Below are positions 9,529 through 19,468 of a stretch of DNA of 64,000 nt, piece after piece. How positions within the stretch are numbered: position 1 is the stretch's first letter; every line of letters starts with the position of its first letter. Source of the stretch: Vulcanimicrobiota bacterium (GTDB lineage Bacteria > Vulcanimicrobiota > Vulcanimicrobiia > Vulcanimicrobiales > Vulcanimicrobiaceae); NCBI GenBank assembly GCA_963714015.1, contig OY970223.1:19094-83093 (forward strand). Direction: 5' to 3'. The notes under the pieces are model-generated. The model made no database searches, was not told the origin of the DNA, and worked only from the letters and a program-made list of their open reading frames with translations. The position numbers and the translations under genes are program-made.

Positions 9529-10890
9529 GGTGCCGGGTAGTGTGAGGCGTCCGCGTAGGGGCGGAAGAGCGTGTACTCGCGCAAAAAGCGCAGCTTAACA
9601 GTACCGGTGGGGCCGTTGCGGTGCTTAGCGATGATAAATTCGGTCAAATCCGGTTCGGGCACCTCGTTATGGTAATATCCCTCCCTGAATAGAAATGCGA
9701 CCATATCGGATTCCTGCTCCAAGGAGCCCGAGTCACGAAGGTCGCTCAGCATCGGACGCTTGTCGTTCCGCGACTCGACGCCGCGATTCAATTGGGCCAG
9801 TGCGACGATCGGCACTTGGAGATCTTTGGCCGTCGTTTTGAGCGTACGGCATATCTCGGAGAGGCTCTTCGTTGCGATTTGCGCCGCGGCTCAGCACGCT
9901 GGGACGCAGCAGCTGCAGATAATCGACGAAAACTGCGCTCAGCCCATGCCCTGATTTGAGCCGCCGGCAACGGCTGCGAATCTCCGAGACGGAAAGTCCG
10001 CCGGCATCGTCGAGGTAGATCGAGAGCTCGTTGAGCTCGCCCATCGCGTCGGAGATCTTCTCCCAGTGTTCGTTCTTGATATTGCCGCGACGCATGTCAT
10101 GCATGCTGATTTGCGCTTCGGCGCAAATCAACCGCTGAACGAGCTCATCGTTGGACATCTCCAGCGAAAAAAAAGCGATCGGCGCGTTCTCTTCCCGCGC
10201 TGCTGCAACGGCCATGTTGAGTGCGAACGAAGTCTTTCCCATGCCCGGGCGCGCGGCGACGATGATGAAGTTGCCCGGCTGAAAGCCGGTCGTCATCTCG
10301 TCGATGTCGTGGAATCCCGCCGTCAGCCCGGTGCGGCCGCCCCGATTGTGAAACAGCTTGTCGATGTGCTCGAACGCGGGCTTGAGCAGCCGGCTGACGG
10401 GCGTGAAATCACCGTGCAGCTGACGATTTCCCAGTTCGTAAACCATCTGTTCGCTCTGGTCGAGCGCGCCGTCGACGTCTTCTTCGTTCTCGTAACCGAG
10501 TTGCGTTATACGGGTCCCGGCATGAATCAGTCCGCGCAGTACCGATTTCTCGCGAACGATCTTGGCGTAATACGCTGCCGACGCAGCGCTCTGCACCGTG
10601 TCCATCAGCGAACTGAGATACGACAGGCCCCCGACGTTCTCGAGATCGCCGCGGCGCTTCAAATCCTCGGCAACCGTAATCTTATCGAGCGGCTCGCCGC
10701 GGTCGTAAAGATGCTGCAGCACGGCAAAGATCGACTCGTGCACGTGCGCATAGAAGTCGCTCGGGCGCACGATCTCGCTGACGACGCCCATGATCTCTCG
10801 ATCCACGAGCACCGACCCGATGAGCGCCATCTCCGCCTCGATGTTTTGCGGAGGAATACGGTCGATGACGGGCAGGTTGGTGATGCTCAT
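9525..10890 (-). CDS. dnaB: replicative DNA helicase DnaB, split by a 1-nt insertion at 9863/9864
   Basis: The N-terminal ORF 9733..10890 carries [17 protein letters not shown] and the Walker A motif [13 protein letters not shown]. The C-terminal ORF 9525..9815 reads [36 protein letters not shown]. Removing one base joins ...ANRNEE to [17 protein letters not shown]. Confidence 0.9.
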
Positions 10891-12884
10891 GGGCGAGCAG
10901 CACTACTGCGCCGTGCGCGCGCCCCTCGCCTTGTGGATTTCTTGTGGAGAGAGAGCGCCCGGAACGCCTGCTCGACGGATGCGATCGGAATAACTTCGAT
11001 GCCCGCGAGCGAGCGGTCAATCTCGCGCATATTTTCCTTCGGTATGAGAATCGCGCGCATTCCGGCTTGCCGCGCCGCGTATAATTTCTCAACGATACCG
11101 CCTACGGGGCGAACCTTGCCTTGAATAGAGAGTTCGCCGGTAATTGCTACGTCTTGCGGCAGCGGAACCTTCGTAAGCGCCGAGTAGAGCGCAAGGAAAA
11201 TCGCGAGTCCGGCAGACGGCCCGTCGATGTTGCCGCCTCCGATTACGTTAATGTGAAGATCGTAGTTTGCGGTATCCATGCCGGTCACGGCGCGCAGCAC
11301 GGCTGCAGCATTGAAAACACTGTCCTTCGCCATCGAACCGGCCGCATCGTTGAATCGGACGGTGCCCTTTCCGGCAGTTCCCGTCGCAAACGCGACGGCT
11401 TCGATTTCGATGATGCTGCCCAAATAATGCAGCACACCCAAACCGTAGGTCTTGCCGACCTCGCGCGTGGCGCGGCCCTTGACGATCGTATGCTGCACCA
11501 GGCGGCCCGACTGCACGACGTCGGACACGTCTTCTTCGGTAATCGTTACCGCTACGGCGCCCACGAGGTCTTTGCTCTCCCGCCCGGGCCGGCGCTGCGC
11601 GTGTGCCCGGTACAATGCGTGCCCGTAAGCATCTGCTACAATCTGCACCGCTTTGCGGCCTTCGATCGTGTACGATGCGATTAGGGGCGCGACGCCGCGC
11701 GCAGCCTTCGCGCTCAGACGCTTGAGCGCGCCGTTTACGATCGTGACGATTTGATGTTGCGTAAGCGGCTCGAAGTACACTGCCGCGGCGCGCGAGCGAA
11801 TGGCAGGATCGATATCTTCCGGTTCGCGCGTCGTTGCGCCGATCAGGATGAAATCTGCCGGCGCGCCTTGCGCAAATAGGCGCTTTATATAAGCGGGAAT
11901 GTTCGGAGAACTCTCGTCGTAATAGGAAGATTCGAACGTGACCTTTTTATCCTCGAGCACTTTGAGCAGCCGGGTCTGCAGCAGCGGATCCATCTCCCCG
12001 ATCTCGTCGATGAAGAGCACGCCGCCGTGCGCCCTCGTGACCAGCCCGAGCTTCGGCTCGGGGATGCCGCTCTCGGCGAATTCGCGGCGGCTTCCCTGAT
12101 AAATCGGGTCGTGAACGCTGCCGAGAAGTGGATTGGTAGTCTCGCGCGGATCCCAGCGCAGCGTCGTGCCGCTCGCCTCCACAAATGGCGCGTCCTTCTT
12201 GAACGGCGTATATGCGCGCGTTTTCGCGACTTCGAGCGCAAGCCGTGCGACCGTGGTTTTTCCGACGCCCGGCGGTCCGTAGAGAATCACATGCTGCGGA
12301 TAGGGCGAGGAGATTTTGGAGAGCAGCGAACGTATCGCGGCTTCTTGACCGACCACCTCTTTGAGCGATTGCGGGCGCAGCAGCTGCAGCGCGGAGGCGG
12401 CCAAACCGCGCGCACCGAGCTGGTCGAGTTCCTCGAGCTTCTTTTGCGTAGCCGGCGTCTCGGGACCCGAGTCCTCACGCAGGGCCTCGAGTTTTAAATC
12501 CTTCAGATACTCCTGATGGCGTGAGACCATTTTGGAGTTAATCTTCTGCTCGATTGAGTCTTCGACGTTTTTTTGCGCGATGAGGTCCGCCAGACGCTCT
12601 TCGATGTCCGCGATCACGCGGCGCGTGTTCGCGCGGCCCGTGACGCGTTCGAGCGTCGGGTCCTCACAAACCAAACGCGCAAGCGCGCAGACGCGATCGG
12701 GCAATGCCTGCGAACGCATCATTTTGAGCGCGTTCATCTTGCCGGCGCGTAAGACGAGCTTGTCCGGGCCAATGGTGTTGGCAAGCACGTCGTAAAGCGC
12801 CGAGACGTAGCGTGAGGTCTCGTCTTCGCTGCTGAATTTGCGGCGAAAGCGCGTGACGTATTGGTTTTCGCCTGCGGCGGCCAT
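10887..12884 (-). CDS. Lon-family ATP-dependent protease (LonB/LonC-like, no long N-domain)
   Basis: Walker A GPPGVGKT. C-terminal Lon protease domain with DGPSAGLAIFLALYSALT (Ser) and a downstream Lys region. Confidence 0.8.
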   Translation of the reverse strand: MAAAGENQYVTRFRRKFSSEDETSRYVSALYDVLANTIGPDKLVLRAGKMNALKMMRSQALPDRVCALARLVCEDPTLERVTGRANTRRVIADIEERLADLIAQKNVEDSIEQKINSKMVSRHQEYLKDLKLEALREDSGPETPATQKKLEELDQLGARGLAASALQLLRPQSLKEVVGQEAAIRSLLSKISSPYPQHVILYGPPGVGKTTVARLALEVAKTRAYTPFKKDAPFVEASGTTLRWDPRETTNPLLGSVHDPIYQGSRREFAESGIPEPKLGLVTRAHGGVLFIDEIGEMDPLLQTRLLKVLEDKKVTFESSYYDESSPNIPAYIKRLFAQGAPADFILIGATTREPEDIDPAIRSRAAAVYFEPLTQHQIVTIVNGALKRLSAKAARGVAPLIASYTIEGRKAVQIVADAYGHALYRAHAQRRPGRESKDLVGAVAVTITEEDVSDVVQSGRLVQHTIVKGRATREVGKTYGLGVLHYLGSIIEIEAVAFATGTAGKGTVRFNDAAGSMAKDSVFNAAAVLRAVTGMDTANYDLHINVIGGGNIDGPSAGLAIFLALYSALTKVPLPQDVAITGELSIQGKVRPVGGIVEKLYAARQAGMRAILIPKENMREIDRSLAGIEVIPIASVEQAFRALSLHKKSTRRGARARRSSAARP

Positions 12885-12893
12885 GGCCTAGGC

Positions 12894-13340
12894 TTAAGCC
12901 GAAACCACGCTGACGGTCGTTTTGGCGACGATGTTCTTACCCAGGCGGATCTCGACGGGGTAGGTTCCCAGCGCTTTGATGGAGTTTTTCACTTCGATCT
13001 TGTGTTTGTCGACCGACACGGCGAAGGCTTGTGTGATGGCGTCCGCGATGTCGGCGTTGGTGACGGCGCCGAACAACTTGCCGTTGCCGCCGGCTTTTGC
13101 GCGCACCGCTACCGGCTTACTCTCCAACAGTTTGGCGAGTTCGTGGGTTTCGGCCAATACCTGCGCCTCGCGTTTTGCATGCGCTTTCTTCTGCTCGTCG
13201 AGCATCGTAATCGCGCCTTTACTCGCCTCGGTGGCAAGGTTTCGAGGCAGCAAAAAGTTCCGGGCGTAGCCCTCGGCGACTTCGACGATCTGCCCTTTTT
13301 TGCCGAGCGCCTTGACGTCGTTCAGAAGGATGACTTTCAC
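12894..13340 (-). CDS. rplI: 50S ribosomal protein L9
   Basis: MKVILLNDVKALGKKGQIVEVAEGYARNFLLPRNLA... Confidence 0.95.
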   Translation of the reverse strand: MKVILLNDVKALGKKGQIVEVAEGYARNFLLPRNLATEASKGAITMLDEQKKAHAKREAQVLAETHELAKLLESKPVAVRAKAGGNGKLFGAVTNADIADAITQAFAVSVDKHKIEVKNSIKALGTYPVEIRLGKNIVAKTTVSVVSA

Positions 13341-13352
13341 GGCTTGGGACCG

Positions 13353-13598
13353 CTATTCGGTAACGAAGGGAAGGAAAGCGATAACGCGCGCGCGCTTGAC
13401 CGCTACGGTAAGCAGGCGTTGATGACGCGCACAGTTTCCTGAAATTCGGCGGGGGAGAATCTTTCCGCGTTCCGAGACGAATTTCTTCAGCCGGCCGACG
13501 TCCTTGTAATTGATGTCCAGGGCCTTGTCGGCGCAGAAATTGCACGGCTTGCGCTTGGGGCGCCGGTCTTTGACGGCGCGCTTCGTTTTGGTGGCCAC
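13353..13598 (-). CDS. rpsR: 30S ribosomal protein S18
   Basis: ...[45 protein letters not shown]... Confidence 0.95.
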   Translation of the reverse strand: MATKTKRAVKDRRPKRKPCNFCADKALDINYKDVGRLKKFVSERGKILPRRISGNCARHQRLLTVAVKRARVIAFLPFVTE

Positions 13599-13788
13599 TC
13601 TATTGTCCTTTCACTAGGTGGTTGACGGTCGTGCCGCATACGTGCGCGACCCTAGCGAAGTGACGCGCCTGACGCGCGCCACTACCAGCCGGAGGGCTGG
13701 ATTTGACCGAGGACGAGTATAGCCGCTGGCGAGCCTCTTGGCTAGTACGTAGGTAGAGGGGCCCGCCCGCGAGCGGGACCCTCACCCG

Positions 13789-15753
13789 CTACTGGCAGCC
13801 GTTGCTCGTCAAGAGTACGTAGCCGTCGTTGGAGTCGATTGTCAGCGGATTGGACACCGGCCGGCCCAGCACGTCGGAGTACGAGTGGTTGGCCGGCAGG
13901 TGAGCGACTTCGTTATTCGATCCCGAACCTGCATTCACGACGACGATGGCGTTCGCAAAGCGCCGGTAGTAGATCGCCGGGTTGCTCGGGTCGTTCGCCG
14001 AGTAGTAGTCGCCGCACGGCGCGCCCACGGCGGTCGCATACTGGCTGTGATACTGCTCGAGCCCGTAGCCGTTGCCTTGCGAGGCGAAGAGCGACTCCCC
14101 TTGCTCGTTCCCCATCAGATACGTGGCGATCGAGTACTCGAGCTGCGGCGTTCCAAGTTGCGTATTGCCCCAGTTGTCGTTCATCAGTACGGCGGTACCG
14201 CGATCCTGGGCATACTTCGCCCAGTTCGTCGTTTCGGTGAAGTTCGACGTGTTGCCCGTCTTGTAGCTGCCGTAGTCGCTATAGCCCGTCTCGTCAAGAT
14301 CGGCGTCGACGTTGCCGAGCAGCGTCTCCTCATTCGCAGTCAAGTTGTCCGCGGGATGGTTGACCATGAACTTCAGGTGATACGTCGAGAGTACCGGATC
14401 TTGCGTCAACAGCTGGTGCGCCGCTTGAACCCACGCCACGACGTCGTTCTCCCAATTGGGATCGTTTGTTCCCGTGTAGCGTCGAACGAACTGGCCGTTT
14501 TCGTAAATGCCGCATCCGTATCCGCCGGGCACGCCCTCATCGGCTTGCCAGAAAGTGACTTCGTCCACCGAGAGCGACGTGTAACCGACCTGATGCGCGA
14601 ACGTGGCCCACAGGTTAAGCTGGTACTGCACGACTTGCGGGTTATGGACGTCGAGCGGAATGCTGTCCAAACCTGGAACGTACGCCGGCGTATTGGTCGG
14701 CTGACCTGACGAATTGCACGCGTACAGGATCCAGTCCGGATGGTTCTGCTGCCACCACGCTAGGGTATGGCCGATTGCGCCCCATGCGGTAGGACTCGCA
14801 TCGGTTTCCATCGCTGAGTAGTATCCCATGCGCAACGACGGATTGCTTTGCAACCAAGACGTTCCGATGTTGTCGCGCGCTCCCCAAACCCCGGAGTACC
14901 GGTAGCCGTCGGCCTGCGCGGCGGCCTCGCTGATATAACCGTTGCCGGTGTCGTCGAAGACCTGGAACGCGCTGATCTTGCCCCACGTCGACGGCATAAA
15001 GTTGGTCGTCGGAGGCGGCGTGAAATTCGGATTCGACGAGGGTGTCGGTGACGGGACCGGTGTCCCTGCCGGCGTTCCCGTCGGTGCAGGTGTGGGCGAT
15101 GGCGCCGGCGATCCCGAAGGCGATGGAGAAGGTGACGGCGATCCGTCAATCTCGTTGACGACGACCGCGTTCAGCGACGCCTGCAGCGATCCGGTGCCCC
15201 AAACTTGGACCTGCTCGCCGACGTAAGGCTTCGGACCGTTGACGGTCGTGTAATACCCCAGCCAAATATTGATGAAGCCGATGTGCGGGCCGCCCTGCAT
15301 TTGAAAGCCCGCGTCGTTCAGCAGAACGATGGGCCCCGTGACCGACCAAATCGGAACTTGCTCTATCTGTGAGGTGGTGCTCATAACCGAAGCGGGATTG
15401 CCCGTTCCGGTCGCTTGAATGTACTCACCGACGAACGGCGCCGGTCCGACGATTTGCGTCGAAGAACTCGTGTAAACGTCGAAGTACCCGACGCCGCGTC
15501 CGGCCTGAATCTGCACGCCGTTCGACATCAATCGAACGACCGTTCCGCTAATCACCAGCGCGCCGTTGTTCGGCTGGTAAGAAATGACGGCCATCGGAAG
15601 AACTTTGCCTTTCGGCGAAGGCGTCGAACTCTGCGTAGGGCTTTGTTCTGGGGCCGGAAGAGCTCCGCCGGCGCCGGATCCGCCGCCGCAAGCTGCTAGC
15701 GTCAGTGAAATTGCGAGAGCGGTGATCGCTCCAAAAATCGTCTTAGTGCTCAC
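13789..15753 (-). CDS. lipoprotein with two DUF5666-like repeats, a Pro/Ser/Thr linker and a glycoside-hydrolase-like C-terminal domain
   Basis: Lipobox LTLAAC. Internal duplication (VVRLMSNGVQIQAGRGVGYFDVY... / IVLLNDAGFQMQGGPHIGFINIW...). Linker SPSPSPSPSGSPAPSPTPAPTGTPAGTPVPSPTPS. The C-terminal domain is TIM-barrel-like; the family is not certain. Confidence 0.5.
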   Translation of the reverse strand: MSTKTIFGAITALAISLTLAACGGGSGAGGALPAPEQSPTQSSTPSPKGKVLPMAVISYQPNNGALVISGTVVRLMSNGVQIQAGRGVGYFDVYTSSSTQIVGPAPFVGEYIQATGTGNPASVMSTTSQIEQVPIWSVTGPIVLLNDAGFQMQGGPHIGFINIWLGYYTTVNGPKPYVGEQVQVWGTGSLQASLNAVVVNEIDGSPSPSPSPSGSPAPSPTPAPTGTPAGTPVPSPTPSSNPNFTPPPTTNFMPSTWGKISAFQVFDDTGNGYISEAAAQADGYRYSGVWGARDNIGTSWLQSNPSLRMGYYSAMETDASPTAWGAIGHTLAWWQQNHPDWILYACNSSGQPTNTPAYVPGLDSIPLDVHNPQVVQYQLNLWATFAHQVGYTSLSVDEVTFWQADEGVPGGYGCGIYENGQFVRRYTGTNDPNWENDVVAWVQAAHQLLTQDPVLSTYHLKFMVNHPADNLTANEETLLGNVDADLDETGYSDYGSYKTGNTSNFTETTNWAKYAQDRGTAVLMNDNWGNTQLGTPQLEYSIATYLMGNEQGESLFASQGNGYGLEQYHSQYATAVGAPCGDYYSANDPSNPAIYYRRFANAIVVVNAGSGSNNEVAHLPANHSYSDVLGRPVSNPLTIDSNDGYVLLTSNGCQ

Positions 15754-15897
15754 GATTTTGGAGTCGGGTCCCGCGCCGACTATCTTAAGCGGTCCAGCGT
15801 AAAAAGTTCACAAACTGATAATCAGATGAGCGAGTAAGCGTGCGTCCGACGTTACGCTAGGCATGAGACCAAGGAAACGCCGAACGCGCGTACTTTT

Positions 15898-17115
15898 TTA
15901 TTCGAATCGCAGCGCCTGAATCGGCCGCAAATTTGCTGCTTTGCGCGCGGGATAGTATCCGAAGAACACGCCCACGATCGCCGAGAACAGTACCGAAAGC
16001 GCGATCCACATCGGCGGAATCAGCATCGGCCAGTGCGCCAGCAATGCGACGACCAGGGTGCCAGTCAGTCCGAAGACCACGCCCGCGAGTCCCCCGCAAG
16101 TGGCCAGCACGATGGATTCCGTGAGGAATTGATTGAGGATCACTTTGGCGCGGGCGCCGACGGCCATGCGCAATCCGATCTCCCGCGTACGCTCGGTTAC
16201 GGAGACCATCATGATGTTCATAATTCCGATTCCACCCACGATGAGGGAGACCGCGGCGACGCCGGCGAGCAGGAATTCCATCACCGCACCCGTCGACGAT
16301 GCCGCAGCTGCGATATCTTGCAAATTGCGCACGGAGAAGTCGTCCGTCTGCGGCGGAACGATGTGATGCCGCTGCTCAAGCAACGCCGTGATTGCGCTCT
16401 GCGCCGCGGTAACGTGCTGCGCGTCGACCGCGGATACGAGCAGCGTGCCCACCGTCGTTTGTCCGGTGAGGCGCTGCATCGCCGAGCTGTACGGTACCAA
16501 AATTGTATCGTCCTGATCTTGTCCGACGCCGCTTTGGCCCAGCGGGCTGAGCGTTCCAACCACCGTGAACGGCACGCCTTTGATCAAGACGGTTTGCCCA
16601 AGCGCAGACGTTCCGTCCGGAAAGAGGTTTTCTACGACGGTTTGTCCGAGCACGCATACTTTCGCCGCGGACGCCACGTCGTTCTGCGTAAAGAACGTGC
16701 CCGATGCGAGCGGCCAGCTCCGAATGAACGTGAAGGTCGGCGCGACGCCGGTGATGCTCGTCTGCCAGTTGTTGTCGCCTGCGACGGCCTGCGCACGCAC
16801 AGTGACGCTCGGCGACACCGCCGCGACTCCCGGAAGCTGAGCAATAGCGATTCCGTCGTCCGGCGTGAGCGTCGATGCTCCGCCGTATCCGCTTTTTGCG
16901 CCGCCCGCTGTGACGCTTCCGGGAAGAACGACCAGCATGTTGCTGCCCAAACTGTCGATCTGCTGCTGAACCGACTGGCGAGCGCCGGCGCCGATTGCGA
17001 CGGTGACGATCACCGCCGCCACGCCGATGATGACTCCCAGCATGGTCATGAGCGACCGCGCTCGATTACGGAGCAGTGCGTCGATTGCAAGACGCAGCGT
17101 AGCTTTCAAGTTCAT
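15898..17115 (-). CDS. ABC transporter permease, MacB/FtsX type
   Basis: MNLKATLRLAIDALLRNRARSLMTMLGVIIGVAAVI..., a large periplasmic loop, and a C-terminal FtsX-like four-TM bundle. Confidence 0.85.
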   Translation of the reverse strand: MNLKATLRLAIDALLRNRARSLMTMLGVIIGVAAVIVTVAIGAGARQSVQQQIDSLGSNMLVVLPGSVTAGGAKSGYGGASTLTPDDGIAIAQLPGVAAVSPSVTVRAQAVAGDNNWQTSITGVAPTFTFIRSWPLASGTFFTQNDVASAAKVCVLGQTVVENLFPDGTSALGQTVLIKGVPFTVVGTLSPLGQSGVGQDQDDTILVPYSSAMQRLTGQTTVGTLLVSAVDAQHVTAAQSAITALLEQRHHIVPPQTDDFSVRNLQDIAAAASSTGAVMEFLLAGVAAVSLIVGGIGIMNIMMVSVTERTREIGLRMAVGARAKVILNQFLTESIVLATCGGLAGVVFGLTGTLVVALLAHWPMLIPPMWIALSVLFSAIVGVFFGYYPARKAANLRPIQALRFE

Positions 17116-17813
17116 GCCGCAACCTCGGCCTTCTTGGTATCGGACAGAATCCGTCCGTCGCGGAACGTAACGACGCGTTTGGCGTACGCGGCGACGTCGG
17201 GTTCGTGGGTGACCAGCAGGATGGTGCGGCCCTGTTCTTCGTTCAGACGCACGAACAGCTCCATCACGTCACGCGAGCTCTTCGTATCGAGTGCGCCCGT
17301 CGGCTCGTCTGCGAGGATCAATCCGGGATCGTTGACCAAGGAGCGGGCAATAGCGACGCGCTGCTGCTGACCGCCGGAGAGCTGGTTGGAGCGATGCTCG
17401 CGCAAATGCGCTACGCCGACGAGCTCCATCTTCTCGAGCGCGATGCTTTCACGCTCGGCTGGCGGAATGCCGGAGTAGATCATGGGCAGTTCAACGTTCT
17501 CGAGTGCGCTCGTGCGCGAAAGCAGGTTGTACGCTTGGAAGACGAAGCCCAAGCGGCGGCTGCGAATGTCGGCGCGGTCATCCGCGCTGAGCGTTGCAAT
17601 GTCCACGCCTTCGAATAAATAGCGTCCGGATGTGGGTTCGTCGAGCAGTCCGGCGATGTGCATGAACGTCGACTTACCTGAGCCGGAAGGACCCATTACG
17701 GCAACGAACTCGCCCGGTTCGATCGTCAGATCGACTGCTGCCAGGCCTACGACGAACTCAGTGCCAAGCTCGTCGAGCTTCTGCAGATTCTGAGCGCTTA
17801 CGACCGGCGTCAT
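17112..17813 (-). CDS. ABC transporter ATP-binding protein (MacB/LolD-like)
   Basis: Walker A GPSGSGKST, signature LSGGQQQRVAIARSL. Has 4-nt overlaps with both neighbours. Confidence 0.9.
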   Translation of the reverse strand: MTPVVSAQNLQKLDELGTEFVVGLAAVDLTIEPGEFVAVMGPSGSGKSTFMHIAGLLDEPTSGRYLFEGVDIATLSADDRADIRSRRLGFVFQAYNLLSRTSALENVELPMIYSGIPPAERESIALEKMELVGVAHLREHRSNQLSGGQQQRVAIARSLVNDPGLILADEPTGALDTKSSRDVMELFVRLNEEQGRTILLVTHEPDVAAYAKRVVTFRDGRILSDTKKAEVAA

Positions 17814-19345
17814 CGTATTGCTCTCCCGATGCTGCCCATGGCGCTGGGACCGCCCGGGCCGCCGCTTTGCGCGGTGCGAGTCCGCGTGGTGCTTTGCGAG
17901 GAGTCGCCGGTGATGACGTCGTCTCCGGCTTGGAGCGAGCCGCGCAGCGGCGTTACTGCAACCTGCGTTCCGCTCGTCAAATCGATCTTGACGCGGACGG
18001 GCACCGGTTTGCCATTACGCTCGACGAACACTATGCCGCCGGATCCGCTCGTGGTGTTCGCGCCGGCGCCGGCAGCCGTCTGACCCCAAGGCGAGCCGTT
18101 CGAGGCCGTTGCGTTGTGCGTGCGATGCTTAGTTCCGCCGCTCGCGGGACGCCATGCCAGCGCAGCTTGCGGCACGACGAGCGCATTGTGCGCCGTTGCT
18201 ACGGCGATCGAAGCGTTCGCGGTCATGCCCGGAAGAAGCTGGTCGTTGGGATTGTTCACGAGCGTGACGACGTCGTACGTTACGACGTTGTTGACCGTGG
18301 TCGGATCGACGCGCACTTGCGAAACCACGCCGTTGAACGTTTGATTCGGATAGGCCAGAACGCTGAAGTTTACTTTGTCGCCCGGCTTGACGTTGCCGAT
18401 GTCCGGCTCGCCGACGGAGATGTCGACTTCCATCTTCTTCAGGTCTTGAGCGATCGTGAAGAGCGTCGGCGTCTGGAAGCTCGAGGCGACGGTTTCGCCG
18501 ACCGCGATATTGCGGCCGATAACGGTACCGTCGACGGGCGAGGTAATGACGCCGCGGCTCAGGTTATACTGATCCTGCGCTACCTGCGCTTGCGCGGCTT
18601 GAACCGCCGCATCTTGTGCCTGCGCCGTGTCCTGTGAACCGGCAGCCTGTGCACTGCTCTGGCTGGTCTGCGCTTTTGCTTGCAGCGCTGCCGCCTGCGC
18701 GGAAGCTAGAGCGCTCTGCGCAGCAACGGCACTGCTCTGGTCGGAGTCATATTGGCTCTGCGCGATATAGCCTTGTGAAAGCAGGCTCTTGTCGCGGCTG
18801 ACGGTCTGCTCGGCCAACTGATACGCGCTCTGCGCCTTCGCCACGCTGGCCTGCGCCGTCGCGATACCGGCTTGCGAGACCGTCACTCCCGACTGAGCCC
18901 CCGCAGCGTTTTCGACTTGAGCTTGAGCCTGCGCCTGTGCCTGTGCCAACTGCGCTTGCGCTTGATCGAGCTGAGCTTGCATTTGACTCGGATCGATCCG
19001 TGCAAGAACCTGACCTTTGACCACGCGGCTGTTGTAGTCGACATAGACGGCCGAGATCGTTCCGGAGGCTTGCGAGCCGACCGTAACCGTATTTTGCGGA
19101 TTTACGGTTCCCGAAGCAGTGACGGACTGCGTTAGATCTTGCTGAGCCACCGGCGCCGATGCATACGAGGTCGCTGCGTGCGAACGCGCGACCGCCGCCC
19201 CGCCGGTAACCGCACCTGCGAGAGCGAGCCCGCCGAGCGTGAAGCCCAGCCAGCGCTGCCGCAGTTTGGAGCCGATGCCGGCTGCGCCGGGGAGAGATCC
19301 GGCTAAAGAGTTGCCGTCGAGAGGTGCTTGAAGTTTGCCTATCAT
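17810..19345 (-). CDS. efflux periplasmic adaptor (HlyD/MacA family) with a Q/A-rich coiled coil
   Basis: Barrel-sandwich, lipoyl and coiled-coil signature (GQVLARIDPSQMQAQLDQAQAQLAQAQAQAQAQ...). First gene of the MacAB-like operon. Confidence 0.8.
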   Translation of the reverse strand: MIGKLQAPLDGNSLAGSLPGAAGIGSKLRQRWLGFTLGGLALAGAVTGGAAVARSHAATSYASAPVAQQDLTQSVTASGTVNPQNTVTVGSQASGTISAVYVDYNSRVVKGQVLARIDPSQMQAQLDQAQAQLAQAQAQAQAQVENAAGAQSGVTVSQAGIATAQASVAKAQSAYQLAEQTVSRDKSLLSQGYIAQSQYDSDQSSAVAAQSALASAQAAALQAKAQTSQSSAQAAGSQDTAQAQDAAVQAAQAQVAQDQYNLSRGVITSPVDGTVIGRNIAVGETVASSFQTPTLFTIAQDLKKMEVDISVGEPDIGNVKPGDKVNFSVLAYPNQTFNGVVSQVRVDPTTVNNVVTYDVVTLVNNPNDQLLPGMTANASIAVATAHNALVVPQAALAWRPASGGTKHRTHNATASNGSPWGQTAAGAGANTTSGSGGIVFVERNGKPVPVRVKIDLTSGTQVAVTPLRGSLQAGDDVITGDSSQSTTRTRTAQSGGPGGPSAMGSIGRAIR

Positions 19346-19468
19346 TTGTACCGATGATAGGCGCGTTTCCTGAAAGCGGGCCGAGAGCCGAATTAAGCGG
19401 CGGTGAGAAACGCGGGGTTTGCATTTGCTTTACGGTAGACGGCCGCCCCGCGATTCGAGACACCGCGT

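Noticed and set aside
13599-13788. GC-rich hairpin (about 13753-13780) downstream of the lipoprotein gene as a rho-independent terminator.
   Set aside because: The stem is plausible but it is not followed by a U-run on the transcribed strand, so it is too weak to annotate.
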